Positions 1-9,736 of a stretch of DNA of 64,000 nt are shown here, piece by piece (positions within the stretch are counted from its first letter, which is position 1; every line of letters begins with the position of its first letter). Below the pieces are notes generated by a model. The model made no database searches. It saw only the letters and a program-made list of their open reading frames with translations, and was not told the origin of the DNA. The DNA lies in contig DNVR01000019.1 in the NCBI GenBank assembly GCA_003507445.1, forward strand, positions 206,132-270,131, read 5' to 3'. The stretch is from Candidatus Moraniibacteriota bacterium. GTDB lineage: Bacteria; Patescibacteriota; Minisyncoccia; Moranbacterales; GWC2-37-73. Both the position numbers and the translations under genes were made by a program.

Positions 1-26
1 GTAATTCTTTTTGTTTGAGATTGTCT

Positions 27-266
27 TTAACGGAATGCTCTGACGATTGCAATTGCAACGACTGCGCCGAAGATGGCGACGAGGAAACTGTAAAGGTTAA
101 ATCCTGTGACACCACCTTGGCCGAAAAAACTCATCAGCCAACCACCAAGCACCGCACCGATTATTCCAATAACAATGTCCCAAACAAGGCTACCGCTTGA
201 TCCCATAATCATAGATGCAATCCAGCCCACGATTGCTCCGAAGATGATCCAAATAAGAATGTCCAT
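27..266 (-). CDS. GlsB/YeaQ/YmgE-family small stress-response membrane protein
   Basis: 79 aa, Gly-rich TM helices (IFGAIVGWIASMIMG...GAVLGGWLMSFFG) typical of the transglycosylase-associated/YeaQ family. Confidence 0.6.
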   Translation of the reverse strand: MDILIWIIFGAIVGWIASMIMGSSGSLVWDIVIGIIGAVLGGWLMSFFGQGGVTGFNLYSFLVAIFGAVVAIAIVRAFR

Positions 267-495
267 ATTATTTTTTATTAATTAATTAGTTTGTTATAAT
301 TTTTTAAAGAGCATTGCTCGTTGTTTTTTGACGCAATTTGCGTTGTTTAATGTGCCTAGCTTGATATAATTTTATACAATGTTGCTAGTCACATATTTCA
401 TAATGATAATTTTTGATATTTAGAAATAGTATTGGAAACAAAACGTATTACAATAAGGTTGGTGTATGATTTCTAATATGACTTGCCAATAAGAT

Positions 496-2265
496 ATGAA
501 CAATGAAAAACAACAGATTAATATACGTGATTTGATGCCATATTTGAAGGTTTTTAAGGGCAGAATAATCGCTAGCATTTTTTTGGTCATAGTCTCAAAG
601 TTTTTGTTGGTGGCTGGACCATATGTGATGAAGAAGCTCATCGATTTGCTGGTAACATATGGAACAGCAGCCTCAATTGCAACCATCGCATTTTTGTTGG
701 CGTTGTTCTTTATGCTGCAGTGGGGTGGAAATGTTTTGGATGGTATAAAGGATTATGTTTTCGCCAAAGTGCAGGCCAACATCCGAAGGACAATTTCGCT
801 GAAAGTTTTTGAGCATTTAATTTCTTTGCCTTCATCCTTTCATGCTGATCGTTCAACTGGCAGAGTGTCTCGCAAAATAACACGTGGGACAAATGCGCTG
901 GAAACAATTTTTATGTTTATGTCTTTTAATATTGTTCCGACTGTCATTCAAATTATTTTTGTAAGCATCGTTTTTGTGATGCTTTTCCCACTTTCATTTT
1001 TTCTGACATTTTTGGTTTTTGTGATTGTATATGTTGCGTTTACAATTTATATCACTGAGCGTAGGCAACAATTGCTTTTGGAAACAAATAAGCTTGACGA
1101 CAAGGCAACTGGGCAATCTATTGATGCACTTTTAAATTATGACACGGTCAAATATTTTACCAATGAAAAATATGAATATCAAAGATATGATTCACAGTTG
1201 GGAGATTGGTCTGGTATGTTTATAAAATCAATCAGATCTGGCGCAAATTTGAATATGGGACAAGGCTTTATAATCACAGCGGGACTTGCAGCCATTTTGA
1301 TTTTGGCTGTCGAGCATTTTGTTAATGGAGATGCGACAATTGGTGATTTTGTTTTGGTCACAACTTATCTGGCCAACATCGCAGTCCCGCTTGGTTTCTT
1401 GGGTTTTACTTATCGCGCTATCAAAGAAGGACTAGCTAATGTTGATGAGATGATGAAATTACTAAAAGAAAAAAATACAATTCAAGATAAAGCGGATGCA
1501 AGAGAATTGCAGGATTGGGCGGGGGAGATAAAATTTGAAAATGTAAGTTTCAGTTATGCCGAGGAAAGGGAGGTGCTTAGCGACATTTCGCTGACCGTGC
1601 CATTTAAAAAGCGTGTTGCACTTGTTGGATATTCTGGCTCTGGAAAATCAACGGTGCCAAAATTATTGCTAAGATTGTATGATGTTAACAATGGAAAAAT
1701 CACAATCAATGGCACAGATATTAGAGATTTAAAATTGCAAAATTTGCGCAGTCATATTGGAATTGTTGCTCAAGACACAACTTTGTTTAATGATACTATT
1801 TTTCACAATATTGCTTATGGCAAACCAGATGCAACAAAGGAAGATGTTGAGCGTGCGGCAAAAATGGCAAACATTTTCGATTTCATCGTTAATGATTTGC
1901 CCAGTGGATTTGAAACTGTTGTTGGCGAACGTGGAGTGAAATTGTCAGGCGGAGAAAAACAACGAGTTGCAATTGCAAGAATGCTAATAAAGAATCCTGA
2001 AATTTTGATTTTTGATGAAGCCACAGCTTCGCTTGATACAAAATCAGAAAAAATAATACAAGAGGAAATTGAAAAACTTTCCAAAGGAAACATCACCACC
2101 ATTGTTATCGCGCACAGGCTTTCAACGATTGTTGATTTTGACAATATTGTTGTTTTGGAAAAAGGAAAAATAGTCGAACAAGGAAATCACAAAGAGCTTT
2201 TATCCAAAAAGGGTGTTTATTACAGCCTATGGCAAACCCAAAGCAAGGGAATTGCTGAAGCATGA
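496..2265 (+). CDS. ABC transporter, fused permease/ATP-binding exporter (MsbA-like)
   Basis: 589 aa; N-terminal 6-TM region, Walker A GYSGSGKST, ABC signature LSGGEKQRVAIAR, Walker B ILIFDEATASLD. Confidence 0.85.
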   Translation: MNNEKQQINIRDLMPYLKVFKGRIIASIFLVIVSKFLLVAGPYVMKKLIDLLVTYGTAASIATIAFLLALFFMLQWGGNVLDGIKDYVFAKVQANIRRTISLKVFEHLISLPSSFHADRSTGRVSRKITRGTNALETIFMFMSFNIVPTVIQIIFVSIVFVMLFPLSFFLTFLVFVIVYVAFTIYITERRQQLLLETNKLDDKATGQSIDALLNYDTVKYFTNEKYEYQRYDSQLGDWSGMFIKSIRSGANLNMGQGFIITAGLAAILILAVEHFVNGDATIGDFVLVTTYLANIAVPLGFLGFTYRAIKEGLANVDEMMKLLKEKNTIQDKADARELQDWAGEIKFENVSFSYAEEREVLSDISLTVPFKKRVALVGYSGSGKSTVPKLLLRLYDVNNGKITINGTDIRDLKLQNLRSHIGIVAQDTTLFNDTIFHNIAYGKPDATKEDVERAAKMANIFDFIVNDLPSGFETVVGERGVKLSGGEKQRVAIARMLIKNPEILIFDEATASLDTKSEKIIQEEIEKLSKGNITTIVIAHRLSTIVDFDNIVVLEKGKIVEQGNHKELLSKKGVYYSLWQTQSKGIAEA

Positions 2266-2351
2266 TTATTTATATTACAATATTTCAGTATATTGTAATT
2301 AAACGCATAGCACGCTTGTATCTTACTTTTGAACATACGTATCCTTTTTGT

Positions 2352-2373
2352 GTTACGTAGCAAGTTACGCAAC
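2352..2373. repeat. degenerate copy of tandem 10-bp TACGTA palindrome element (gttacgtagcaagttacgcaac)
   Basis: matches GYTACGTARC-AT-GYTACGTARC family seen at 22391, 33109, 33682, 38309, 40457, 41927. Confidence 0.5.
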
Positions 2374-2401
2374 AACATAAATTATAATCAAAAACTCCAA
2401 C

Positions 2402-2432
2402 CACTCACTCAACGTCGGCCGTGGAAGAGTGA
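2402..2432. repeat. GC-rich 31-bp repeat CACTCACTCAACGTCGGCCGTGGAAGAGTGA (copy 1 of 3)
   Basis: near-identical copies at 40534-40564 and 41184-41215; inverted termini cactca/tgagtg around CGGCCG core. Confidence 0.6.
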
Positions 2433-2558
2433 ATGCACATCTTTGCGGAGGACCGTCCTTGGGAATTTCCTGCGGGTTTTTATTTGTGTTGGCTTGAGTT
2501 ATGGCTAGTTGGATGATATTATAAAATCAGTTTAAAAACCTTAATATATGATAAAAAT

Positions 2559-3293
2559 ATGTTTAAAGACAAGGTGGTTGTTGTGACTGGGGCATCAAGT
2601 GGGATTGGAGCTGAAACAGCTTTGGCTTTTGCAAAAGAAGGTGCAAATCTTGTTATTACATACAAAGATAACAAGGTGGGAGCAGAAGAAGTTGCTGCCA
2701 AAATAATCCAAGCAGGAGGCGGAGCTATTGTTGTTCAAGCTGATTTGATCAATGAGTCAGATGCTAAGAATGTTATTGAAAAGGCTAAATCAGAATATGG
2801 TAAAGTTGATATTTTAGTTAATAACGCTGGCAGATATATTGATGGCGATGAATGGAATGGGAATTCTGAAATTTGGACAAAAAGCCTTTTGCAAAATCTT
2901 GTTTCAGTGATGAGTGTCTCAAAATATGCAATCGAAATTTTTCAGCAGCAAAAATCAGGAGTAATTGTGAACATTTCGTCGCGATATTCAACAGACGGAC
3001 AATATGATGCATTGGCTTATGCGGCGGCAAAAGCTGGCGTGGTAAACATAACTCAAGCATATGCAAAATTACTCGCACCATTTGGAAGGGCTAATGCAAT
3101 TTCTCCTGGAGCAGTTAATACTGGCTATTGGCTGCGAGCGCCGAAAGAAGAATTGGAAAAAAATTTGGCCGCAATCCCATCTGGAAAACTGGTTGAGCCG
3201 AAAGAAGTTGCTGAAAAAGTTTTATTCTTAGCTTCAGACGAATCTTCAAATATAAATGGGCAAAATATTTTTATAAATAATATTATAAAATAA
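2559..3293 (+). CDS. SDR-family oxidoreductase (3-oxoacyl-ACP reductase-like)
   Basis: 244 aa; TGASSGIG Rossmann motif, NNAG, YxxxK (YAAAK) catalytic motif. Confidence 0.8.
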   Translation: MFKDKVVVVTGASSGIGAETALAFAKEGANLVITYKDNKVGAEEVAAKIIQAGGGAIVVQADLINESDAKNVIEKAKSEYGKVDILVNNAGRYIDGDEWNGNSEIWTKSLLQNLVSVMSVSKYAIEIFQQQKSGVIVNISSRYSTDGQYDALAYAAAKAGVVNITQAYAKLLAPFGRANAISPGAVNTGYWLRAPKEELEKNLAAIPSGKLVEPKEVAEKVLFLASDESSNINGQNIFINNIIK

Positions 3294-3297
3294 AATT

Positions 3298-3615
3298 ATG
3301 ACAAATGAATTTCAAGAAAAAGTCAAAATGTTCATGGATGAAAATAAGATGAATAATCCTATTGAAAATAGGGTTCTTGATTTGTTTGATGAAGTTGGTG
3401 AAGTTGCAAAAGAAGTTAATAAAATGTCCAGCTATGGTACAAAAAAGCCTGAATTTAGAGAAGAAATAATAATGGAGCTTGGTGATGCTTTTTATTCACT
3501 GATAACAGTTGCCAATTATTATGATGTGGATTTATTGAATTCTCTTTCCATGGCTGTTGAAAAATATGAAAAACGAATCAAGAAAGGCGGTCATGCGGGA
3601 TCGGAAAATGATTAA
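3298..3615 (+). CDS. MazG-like nucleotide pyrophosphohydrolase domain protein
   Basis: 105 aa all-alpha; EVGEVAKEV / ELGDAFYSL helix motifs typical of the MazG NTP-PPase family. Confidence 0.55.
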   Translation: MTNEFQEKVKMFMDENKMNNPIENRVLDLFDEVGEVAKEVNKMSSYGTKKPEFREEIIMELGDAFYSLITVANYYDVDLLNSLSMAVEKYEKRIKKGGHAGSEND

Positions 3616-3635
3616 TTTTGAAATTTTAAACTTAT

Positions 3636-4100
3636 ATGTATAATCACGCACCGGAAAATTACAATTGCCCGATATGCTTGGGCGTCAATGGAATTGAGAG
3701 TGATGCAACAATGCTAAAACAGGCAGACATTGTTTATAAGGATGATTTAGTTTGTGCTTTTGTAAATTCAAAATTTGTTGGAAATAATCCTGGTCATGTA
3801 ATTGTTGTCCCAAATGAACATTTTGAAAATTTGTATGATATGCCGGAAGATGTTTTGAGTAGAGCAATTTCTGTGTCTAAGAAAATTGCAATTGCAATGA
3901 AAAAAGCTCGCAATTGTGATGGTGTGATGATTCAACAGAATAACGAGCCAGCAAGCAATCAACACGCTTTTCACTATCACATGCACGTTTTCCCTAGATT
4001 CGATGGCGACGAAATTTATCAGCACATGAACAGCGCGCGAGTTTCAGATCCACAAGAAAGAATCGCTTATGCAGAAGAATTAAAAAAGTATTTAAACTAA
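3636..4100 (+). CDS. HIT-family hydrolase
   Basis: 154 aa; histidine triad HYHMHVFPR, N-terminal CxxC. Confidence 0.8.
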   Translation: MYNHAPENYNCPICLGVNGIESDATMLKQADIVYKDDLVCAFVNSKFVGNNPGHVIVVPNEHFENLYDMPEDVLSRAISVSKKIAIAMKKARNCDGVMIQQNNEPASNQHAFHYHMHVFPRFDGDEIYQHMNSARVSDPQERIAYAEELKKYLN

Positions 4101-4110
4101 GAATAAAACT

Positions 4111-4659
4111 ATGAAAATTTTCATCGTCAGACATGGAGAAACAGATTCAAACAAAAATAAGAAACTCATGGGGCAGAGAATGAATGACCCATTGAATGCC
4201 GAGGGCATTGAACAGATCAAAAAGCTTTCCGAAGAAATTGACACAGATTTTGATGTTATTTTTACCTCGCCATTAGTGCGAGCAAAACAATCTGCACAAA
4301 TTCTCGCTGCAAAAATTGGTGCTCCTGTTGTTGAAAAGCAGGAGATTATGGAACGAGATTTTGGTGATTTTTCAGGTAAAACCTGGGATGAGATGATTAA
4401 AAAACTTGGAGAAGCGGCGAGTGATTTGAAAAAAGAAGATTTTGAACAAAATTATGATTATCGTCCTTATGGCGGAGAATGTGCGGCAGATGTTAAGGGA
4501 AGGTTTTTGAAATTTGTTGAAGAATTAAAAAAAGACTATGCAGACAAGAAAGTTTTAATTGTTGCTCATGGTGGAATATTGAAATTGGCACACTTTCTAT
4601 TTTCTGAAATAAGAGTTGAACATGTGCAAAATGCTGCAATTTGCGAATTTGATATTTAG
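4111..4659 (+). CDS. histidine phosphatase family protein (phosphoglycerate mutase-like)
   Basis: 182 aa; RHGETDSN catalytic motif at N-terminus, second His in VAHGG. Confidence 0.75.
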   Translation: MKIFIVRHGETDSNKNKKLMGQRMNDPLNAEGIEQIKKLSEEIDTDFDVIFTSPLVRAKQSAQILAAKIGAPVVEKQEIMERDFGDFSGKTWDEMIKKLGEAASDLKKEDFEQNYDYRPYGGECAADVKGRFLKFVEELKKDYADKKVLIVAHGGILKLAHFLFSEIRVEHVQNAAICEFDI

Positions 4660-4684
4660 ACTTTGTAAAATATTTTTTAAAAAT

Positions 4685-4882
4685 ATGACAAGTGAAAATG
4701 AAAATATTTTTGTGGAAGACATAATTGCAGAGGCGGAAAAGTCTTCCGGTGATATTCAAGATGGTGTGGTAGATAAACTTCAGTCTTTATTGAAAGATGA
4801 ATTTTGTTCAGAAGAATCAAGCAATGCAACTATCACACAAATTGCAAAGAATCTTATTGAAGAGCAAGTTAAAGAACTATAA
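4685..4882 (+). CDS. small acidic hypothetical protein, upstream partner of Rad50-like ATPase
   Basis: 65-aa ORF (inner ATG of 4616..4882 ORF, past the overlap with the upstream gene); stop 4 nt before the ATPase ATG at 4887; no SD seen. Confidence 0.35.
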   Translation: MTSENENIFVEDIIAEAEKSSGDIQDGVVDKLQSLLKDEFCSEESSNATITQIAKNLIEEQVKEL

Positions 4883-4886
4883 AAGA

Positions 4887-7223
4887 ATGAAAATCAATAA
4901 AATTAAAATTGCATGGTTTCGTGGAGCATCTGATCCTGTCGAAATGGAACTGAATTCCAAATCACTTGTTATTTATGGCGAAAATGGAGCAGGGAAATCA
5001 TCATTTGTTGATTCGATCGAATATATAATAAACAACGGCAGAATAACACACCTTGCGCATGAACATAGTGGACGAAGGCAAGAAAAAGCTATTGTAAATA
5101 CTCATACACCTGGCAGTCAAAAAGGAGAAATAAAAGTTACGTTAGATGATAATTCTGAAGTCTTGGTTGAAATACAGCGCAATGGCGCTTTTTCTATTTC
5201 ACCAGATAACTCAGAAATATCAAAATGGAATTATCGTCGAACAGTTCTCAGACAAAATGAACTTGCTGATTTTATCGCTCATACAAAAGGCGATAAATAT
5301 TCTGCATTGTTGCCCTTGCTTGGATTGAGCTACTTGGAAGTTGCAGCAGAAAATCTTAGAAAATTAGAAAATTCGATTCAATCGCAAACTAGTCTTTTAG
5401 TGAAGAGGGAGGAAATTAGAAAAATAGAAGAAAAGAGACGGCTAGCTTTTGGAGATTTAGATAGAGCTGGTATTGAAAAGGAGGCAAAAGTTTTATTTAA
5501 AAAATACTGCAGTGAAAAAGAGGTTCCAGAAGATATCGATGATGTTGTTCTGGAAGCAAGTTCATCTCTGAATGTATTAATTGGAAAATTAGCAGATGAT
5601 CAAAAAAAATATACTACTCAATTAGAAATTTCTAGCTTTGAAATAAAAAAGCAAGTGGAGGACATTAGAATTAGTGCCTCTAAACTTGCAGAATACACAG
5701 TCCCTTTGATTATCGAAAAGCTTAATGTCTTAAAAACAGCTTCTGTGTTTGTTAAAAAAATAGAAGGGGAATCATTGATTGACTGTCCTGCATGTGGGCA
5801 ATCCATCTCTCCATCCGACTTCTCGTCCCATGTTGAAACAGAAGAATTGAGATTAAAGGAGGCTTCTGAAAATTTGGAATTGCATAAGTCCAACATAGGA
5901 AAACTTTGTGATAATTTGCAAAATTTAAAAAGGGCATGTGCTAAGGATGAGGTAAAAGATTGGAAGGATAAATGTAGTCATATCTATATTGATTATGTTG
6001 AGTCCCTTAATATTGATAATGTTCGTTTCGCTTGCACGGAAGAAATTCTTGCGGAAATTGATGAAAAAATAATTCCAATTTTGGAATCTGCAAAATTAGC
6101 CAGCGGAACAGTTCCTTCTGAGGTGAGGGAATTACTAACTGATCAAGAAAAATTAAAAACTATTAATGAAATTATTAAAGGGGACGCATTGAGGAAGTAT
6201 GTTTTAAAAATAGAAAATCTTGCTAAATTTATAAATTCTATTCAAAAGATATATAGAGAGCGGATCCGTTCGCAGTCATCGGCTGTTATTGCTGTTATTT
6301 CTGCAGATATTGCAAGAATGTGGGGTATTCTGCATCCTAATGAGAAGATTGAAAATGTTCATTTATATTTTCCAGAAAATGTGGATAAGGCTATCGAGAT
6401 TGGATTAAAGTTTTATGGTGTAGATCAGGAATCCCCGCGTTTAACTTTATCAGAAGGACACAGAAATAGTCTTGGTTTGTGCATTTTTCTATCAATGGTA
6501 AAGCGTGATATAAGTGCTGATTGTCCTGTTTTTCTTGATGATGTTGTTGTAAGTTTTGACCGTAATCATCGTGGAATGGTTGCGAACTTACTTGAAAGTG
6601 AATTTGATGGTAAGCAAATTATTCTTCTGACACATGATCGCGAGTGGTATATAGAATTAAAACATCAATTGTCAGCTCAAAATTGGGAGTTTAAGGCGCT
6701 GATGCCATGGGAAAGTCCTGATATTGGAATAAGATTTTCCTCAAAGCAGTATGCATTTGATGATGCTAGATTTTTTCTAAGTGGAAATCCAGATTCAGCT
6801 GGCAATACTGCACGCAAGATAATGGACACTCAAATTGCTATATTGAGCGAGCCTCTAAAAATTAGTCTTCCATATTTACATCGCGAACGAAATGATCACA
6901 GAACTGCTCATGATTTTCTTCCGAAGATTATTGCTCTTAGTCCAACGTCATTTTATATCAAAGAAGACGGGGTAAATTATATACCTTTTATAGCAGCGAT
7001 AGATGTTTTTAAAAAGGCAGATCGCCTTATTTTGGCTTGGGCAAATCGGGCATCGCATAGTTTTGATTTAGCTCAAAATGAAGCTACTGAACTTATAGAC
7101 ACTTGCGAAAGTGCATTATCTCAATTCGTTTGTTCTAATTGTGGAAAGGATGTTACGCGTCTTGATGATAAAAGTGCAAAATTTCTTCAATGTGCATGTG
7201 GAAATTTAAAATGGAAATATTAA
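4887..7223 (+). CDS. Rad50/SMC/RloC-like ABC ATPase with coiled-coil CxxC hook-like motif and C-terminal zinc ribbon (candidate defense ATPase)
   Basis: start taken at MKINKIKIAWF (ATG 4887) after the upstream stop; Walker A GENGAGKSS; long coiled-coil insert containing CPACGQS; signature-like LSEGHRNSLGL; Walker B/D-loop VFLDDVVVSFD; H-loop LLTHDREW; ~200-aa C-terminal extension ending CSNCGK...CACGN. Confidence 0.7.
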   Translation: MKINKIKIAWFRGASDPVEMELNSKSLVIYGENGAGKSSFVDSIEYIINNGRITHLAHEHSGRRQEKAIVNTHTPGSQKGEIKVTLDDNSEVLVEIQRNGAFSISPDNSEISKWNYRRTVLRQNELADFIAHTKGDKYSALLPLLGLSYLEVAAENLRKLENSIQSQTSLLVKREEIRKIEEKRRLAFGDLDRAGIEKEAKVLFKKYCSEKEVPEDIDDVVLEASSSLNVLIGKLADDQKKYTTQLEISSFEIKKQVEDIRISASKLAEYTVPLIIEKLNVLKTASVFVKKIEGESLIDCPACGQSISPSDFSSHVETEELRLKEASENLELHKSNIGKLCDNLQNLKRACAKDEVKDWKDKCSHIYIDYVESLNIDNVRFACTEEILAEIDEKIIPILESAKLASGTVPSEVRELLTDQEKLKTINEIIKGDALRKYVLKIENLAKFINSIQKIYRERIRSQSSAVIAVISADIARMWGILHPNEKIENVHLYFPENVDKAIEIGLKFYGVDQESPRLTLSEGHRNSLGLCIFLSMVKRDISADCPVFLDDVVVSFDRNHRGMVANLLESEFDGKQIILLTHDREWYIELKHQLSAQNWEFKALMPWESPDIGIRFSSKQYAFDDARFFLSGNPDSAGNTARKIMDTQIAILSEPLKISLPYLHRERNDHRTAHDFLPKIIALSPTSFYIKEDGVNYIPFIAAIDVFKKADRLILAWANRASHSFDLAQNEATELIDTCESALSQFVCSNCGKDVTRLDDKSAKFLQCACGNLKWKY

Positions 7224-7285
7224 GTTTATTAAAATTTTGGAGTAAAAATTTCAAAATATTTTTTTCTTCAATTATTGCAAAATGA

Positions 7286-7342
7286 GCTTTTCGTCACTCA
7301 CTTGGAAATGAAAATAAGTTTTCATTTCGCTCGCTTCGCTAG
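7286..7342. repeat. 57-bp palindromic intergenic repeat (copy 1; inverted copy at 60250-60310)
   Basis: gcttttcgtcactcacttggaaatgaaaataagttttcatttcgctcgcttcgctag; reverse-complement near-identical at 60250. Confidence 0.55.
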
Positions 7343-7396
7343 AAAATAAACAACGAGACTGATTTGTTTTCGGGTTAATTGATAATTTAAAAATAT

Positions 7397-8059
7397 ATGA
7401 ACAAACAAGAAATTATAAACAATACTGCAAAATATGCACGTGAAACGCTAGAGGGTGAAACTTCTGGTCACGACTGGTGGCACGTCTATCGTGTTTGGAA
7501 GATGGCACAGAACATAGGACAAAAAGAAAACGCCGACATGTTTGTGGTTGAACTGGCTGCACTTCTTCATGACATTGCTGATTATAAAATGCATAGTGGT
7601 GACGACACGGTCGGGTCAGGGGTTGCAAGAGAGTGGCTCGAAAAGCAAGGAGTTGATGATGAAACTATTTTCCATGTTTGTGAAATTATAAAAGAAGCAT
7701 CATTTAAGGGTGAAAAAGTTGAATCAAAAATAAATACTGTTGAGGGAAAAGTTGTGCAAGACGCAGATCGCTTGGATGCTATCGGCGCGATTGGTATAGC
7801 TAGAGGATTCATGTTTGCGGGAAATAAAAGTTTACCCATGTATGATCCAGATATAAAACCATTGGAGATACATGACTTCGAGGTATATAAAAATATAAAA
7901 AGACCAACATACACACAAATAAATCATTTCTATGAAAAACTTTTACTGCTCAAGGATTTGATGAATACTGAAAGTGGAAAAGAAATTGCACAGGGTAGGC
8001 ATGTGATCATGGAGAACTATTTGAAAGATTTTTTTAATGAGTGGGAGGGCAAGGCTTAA
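7397..8059 (+). CDS. HD-domain phosphohydrolase
   Basis: 220 aa; H...HD motif (AALLHDIADYK), downstream D (VQDADRLDAIG). Confidence 0.75.
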   Translation: MNKQEIINNTAKYARETLEGETSGHDWWHVYRVWKMAQNIGQKENADMFVVELAALLHDIADYKMHSGDDTVGSGVAREWLEKQGVDDETIFHVCEIIKEASFKGEKVESKINTVEGKVVQDADRLDAIGAIGIARGFMFAGNKSLPMYDPDIKPLEIHDFEVYKNIKRPTYTQINHFYEKLLLLKDLMNTESGKEIAQGRHVIMENYLKDFFNEWEGKA

Positions 8060-8071
8060 ATTTGCTTTTCC

Positions 8072-8160
8072 AAAGCCATTGCGCGGTTCAATCTGCTCTC
8101 AACCGACTCCCAATTTTCAAGGATATTAGTTCGAAGCGTGTACCCTAGCCCGTGCATAGA
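8072..8160. repeat. island-boundary conserved block, copy A
   Basis: AAAGCCATTGCGCGGTTCAATCTGCTCTCAAC...CCCAATTTTC...GTTCGAAGCGTGTACCCTAGC; 4 copies (8072, 9472, 10731, 11909); followed by terminator-like hairpin 8176-8205 and TTGACA box (12-nt spacer to TATGCT) 8235-8262. Confidence 0.7.
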
Positions 8161-8351
8161 TGAAGCAAGGCTCAAGTGAGCCTTGTTTTTGATAGGGGAA
8201 AATACATCTTCGAACCGAAATCTAAAAAATATTGACATTTTCCTTCGAATATGCTAAAAAGATAAGTCCACTGTGGACGAGATTTATGAATAAATCTTCA
8301 GTTCTTCGCAGTATAAATAATGGTCGAGGGACCTAAACCCAGGAGGCAAAA

Positions 8352-8918
8352 ATGGGCATAATTGATGACATTAAAGCATGGATGGGTAAACATCGGATTT
8401 TCGCAACTCTTGTTGTTCTGACACTGGTTGTCGTCCTTGGCGGCGGAACCTTCCGGGTCCTGTTTTGTACCTTTGTAGACAAGCACGAAACATGCTTCAT
8501 CTACGACAGAATTTCCGGTCAGGTAGAAATTCCGGATCGAACAGGCTACATCGTCCGCGCGCCAATCATTTATTCGGTGCACACGCTTGATACGCGTCCG
8601 TACCAGCTTTCTATCACTGCCAACATTGGGTCTCCTGGTACGTCTAGCGTTTCTTCGCGGGTTCTTAATGCCAAGCTGGTCAGGTTTAATCCCAAGGGCA
8701 TATCAACATTCATTTCCTGGCATGGACGTGACGCCGGCGACAAATTGGCAAATTTGCTGGAAATCATGAAGTGTTATGCCTTCGACAAAGAGGGAGGAAG
8801 GGATTGCCCGTTCATAACAGTTCTTAATGAAATCAATCCCAGTCAAACCCCCTCCCAGCTGGGGGATACCACTGCTTCCTCGATTACACCCAGTGTTCAT
8901 ACTGGAGCAAAGCCATGA
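8352..8918 (+). CDS. hypothetical membrane-anchored protein, paralog 1 (higher GC, ~50%)
   Basis: 188 aa; N-terminal TM helix; shares DTRP...LNAKLVRFN / KCYAFDKEGGRDCPFITVLNE blocks with downstream paralog; weak resemblance to SPFH N-terminal region. Confidence 0.5.
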   Translation: MGIIDDIKAWMGKHRIFATLVVLTLVVVLGGGTFRVLFCTFVDKHETCFIYDRISGQVEIPDRTGYIVRAPIIYSVHTLDTRPYQLSITANIGSPGTSSVSSRVLNAKLVRFNPKGISTFISWHGRDAGDKLANLLEIMKCYAFDKEGGRDCPFITVLNEINPSQTPSQLGDTTASSITPSVHTGAKP

Positions 8919-9394
8919 AGGGACTCGACGATATTCTGACGAAACATCGACTGAGGATACCAGTCATTATCTCAAGTGTCATATTCATCGTTGCACTCTT
9001 CTTCTATCTCTGTTTTCTAAACTATAATGAACCGACGGAGATTGGAATAGCTAGAAACGTGTTCTCTGGAGAAGCATGGTCACAGGAAGGTGGGGGTTGG
9101 CATCGTACGGCGCCGTGGGTGTTTGTGTCTAAGATCGACACGAGACCTATGAAAGTTGGTGTGACGACTTCCGGACACGGATTCAGTGCTAAACTTGTGC
9201 AGTTCAACACCAGGGAATGGCAGGAGTTCATCATGACAGAGGGCTTCCGCTACTGGTGGTGGGACAATCGCATCTCTTTCAACTTCGGATACAGTGAAGA
9301 ATATCGCGGGATGAAGGACATTCTGCGCGGCTACGCTTACAGCGTGAAACGCTACCCCTTCATAACAATACTGGAAGAGTATCAGACACAATAA
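8915..9394 (+). CDS. hypothetical membrane-anchored protein, paralog 2
   Basis: 159 aa; ATGA start/stop overlap with upstream gene; N-terminal TM; DTRP...SAKLVQFN / RGYAYSVKRYPFITILEE blocks paralogous to 8352 gene. Confidence 0.5.
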   Translation: MKGLDDILTKHRLRIPVIISSVIFIVALFFYLCFLNYNEPTEIGIARNVFSGEAWSQEGGGWHRTAPWVFVSKIDTRPMKVGVTTSGHGFSAKLVQFNTREWQEFIMTEGFRYWWWDNRISFNFGYSEEYRGMKDILRGYAYSVKRYPFITILEEYQTQ

Positions 9395-9471
9395 CAACAT
9401 CTTGAAAATGCAGGATTATACTGGCATGTTCATCTCACACGAGAAGAATGTGTCAGTTTTTTTATTTCATT

Positions 9472-9565
9472 AAAGTCATTACTTGCTCCAATCTTGTCTC
9501 AACAACATACCAATTTTTAAGTATATTAGTTCGAAGTGCGTACTTTAGCCCGTACAGACTAAAAT
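9472..9565. repeat. island-boundary conserved block, copy B
   Basis: AAAGTCATTACTTGCTCCAATCTTGTCTCAACAACATACCAATTTTT...GTTCGAAGTGCGTACTTTAGC; then hairpin/T-run 9565-9592. Confidence 0.7.
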
Positions 9566-9736
9566 AAGTCTTTACAGAGCCTTATTTTTTGTATAGAGAG
9601 ATTGGAATTATAACTGTGATATAATATTAATATAAATTTATCTTTAATAAGATAAACAAAAAATCGCGTGATACATTTTTGAAATTTTTGACGCAAATTA
9701 GGTTGAGCTGGTATAACAATTTTTAGAAATAAAAAT

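Noticed and set aside
8056-8238. 60-aa minus-strand ORF (and 11861..12055 + ORF) covering island-boundary repeats
   Set aside because: Only the last ~25 codons are conserved between repeat copies and the N-terminal parts read through terminator and promoter modules. Treated as repeat sequence, not an intact gene; the conserved C-terminal peptide is reported as a finding.
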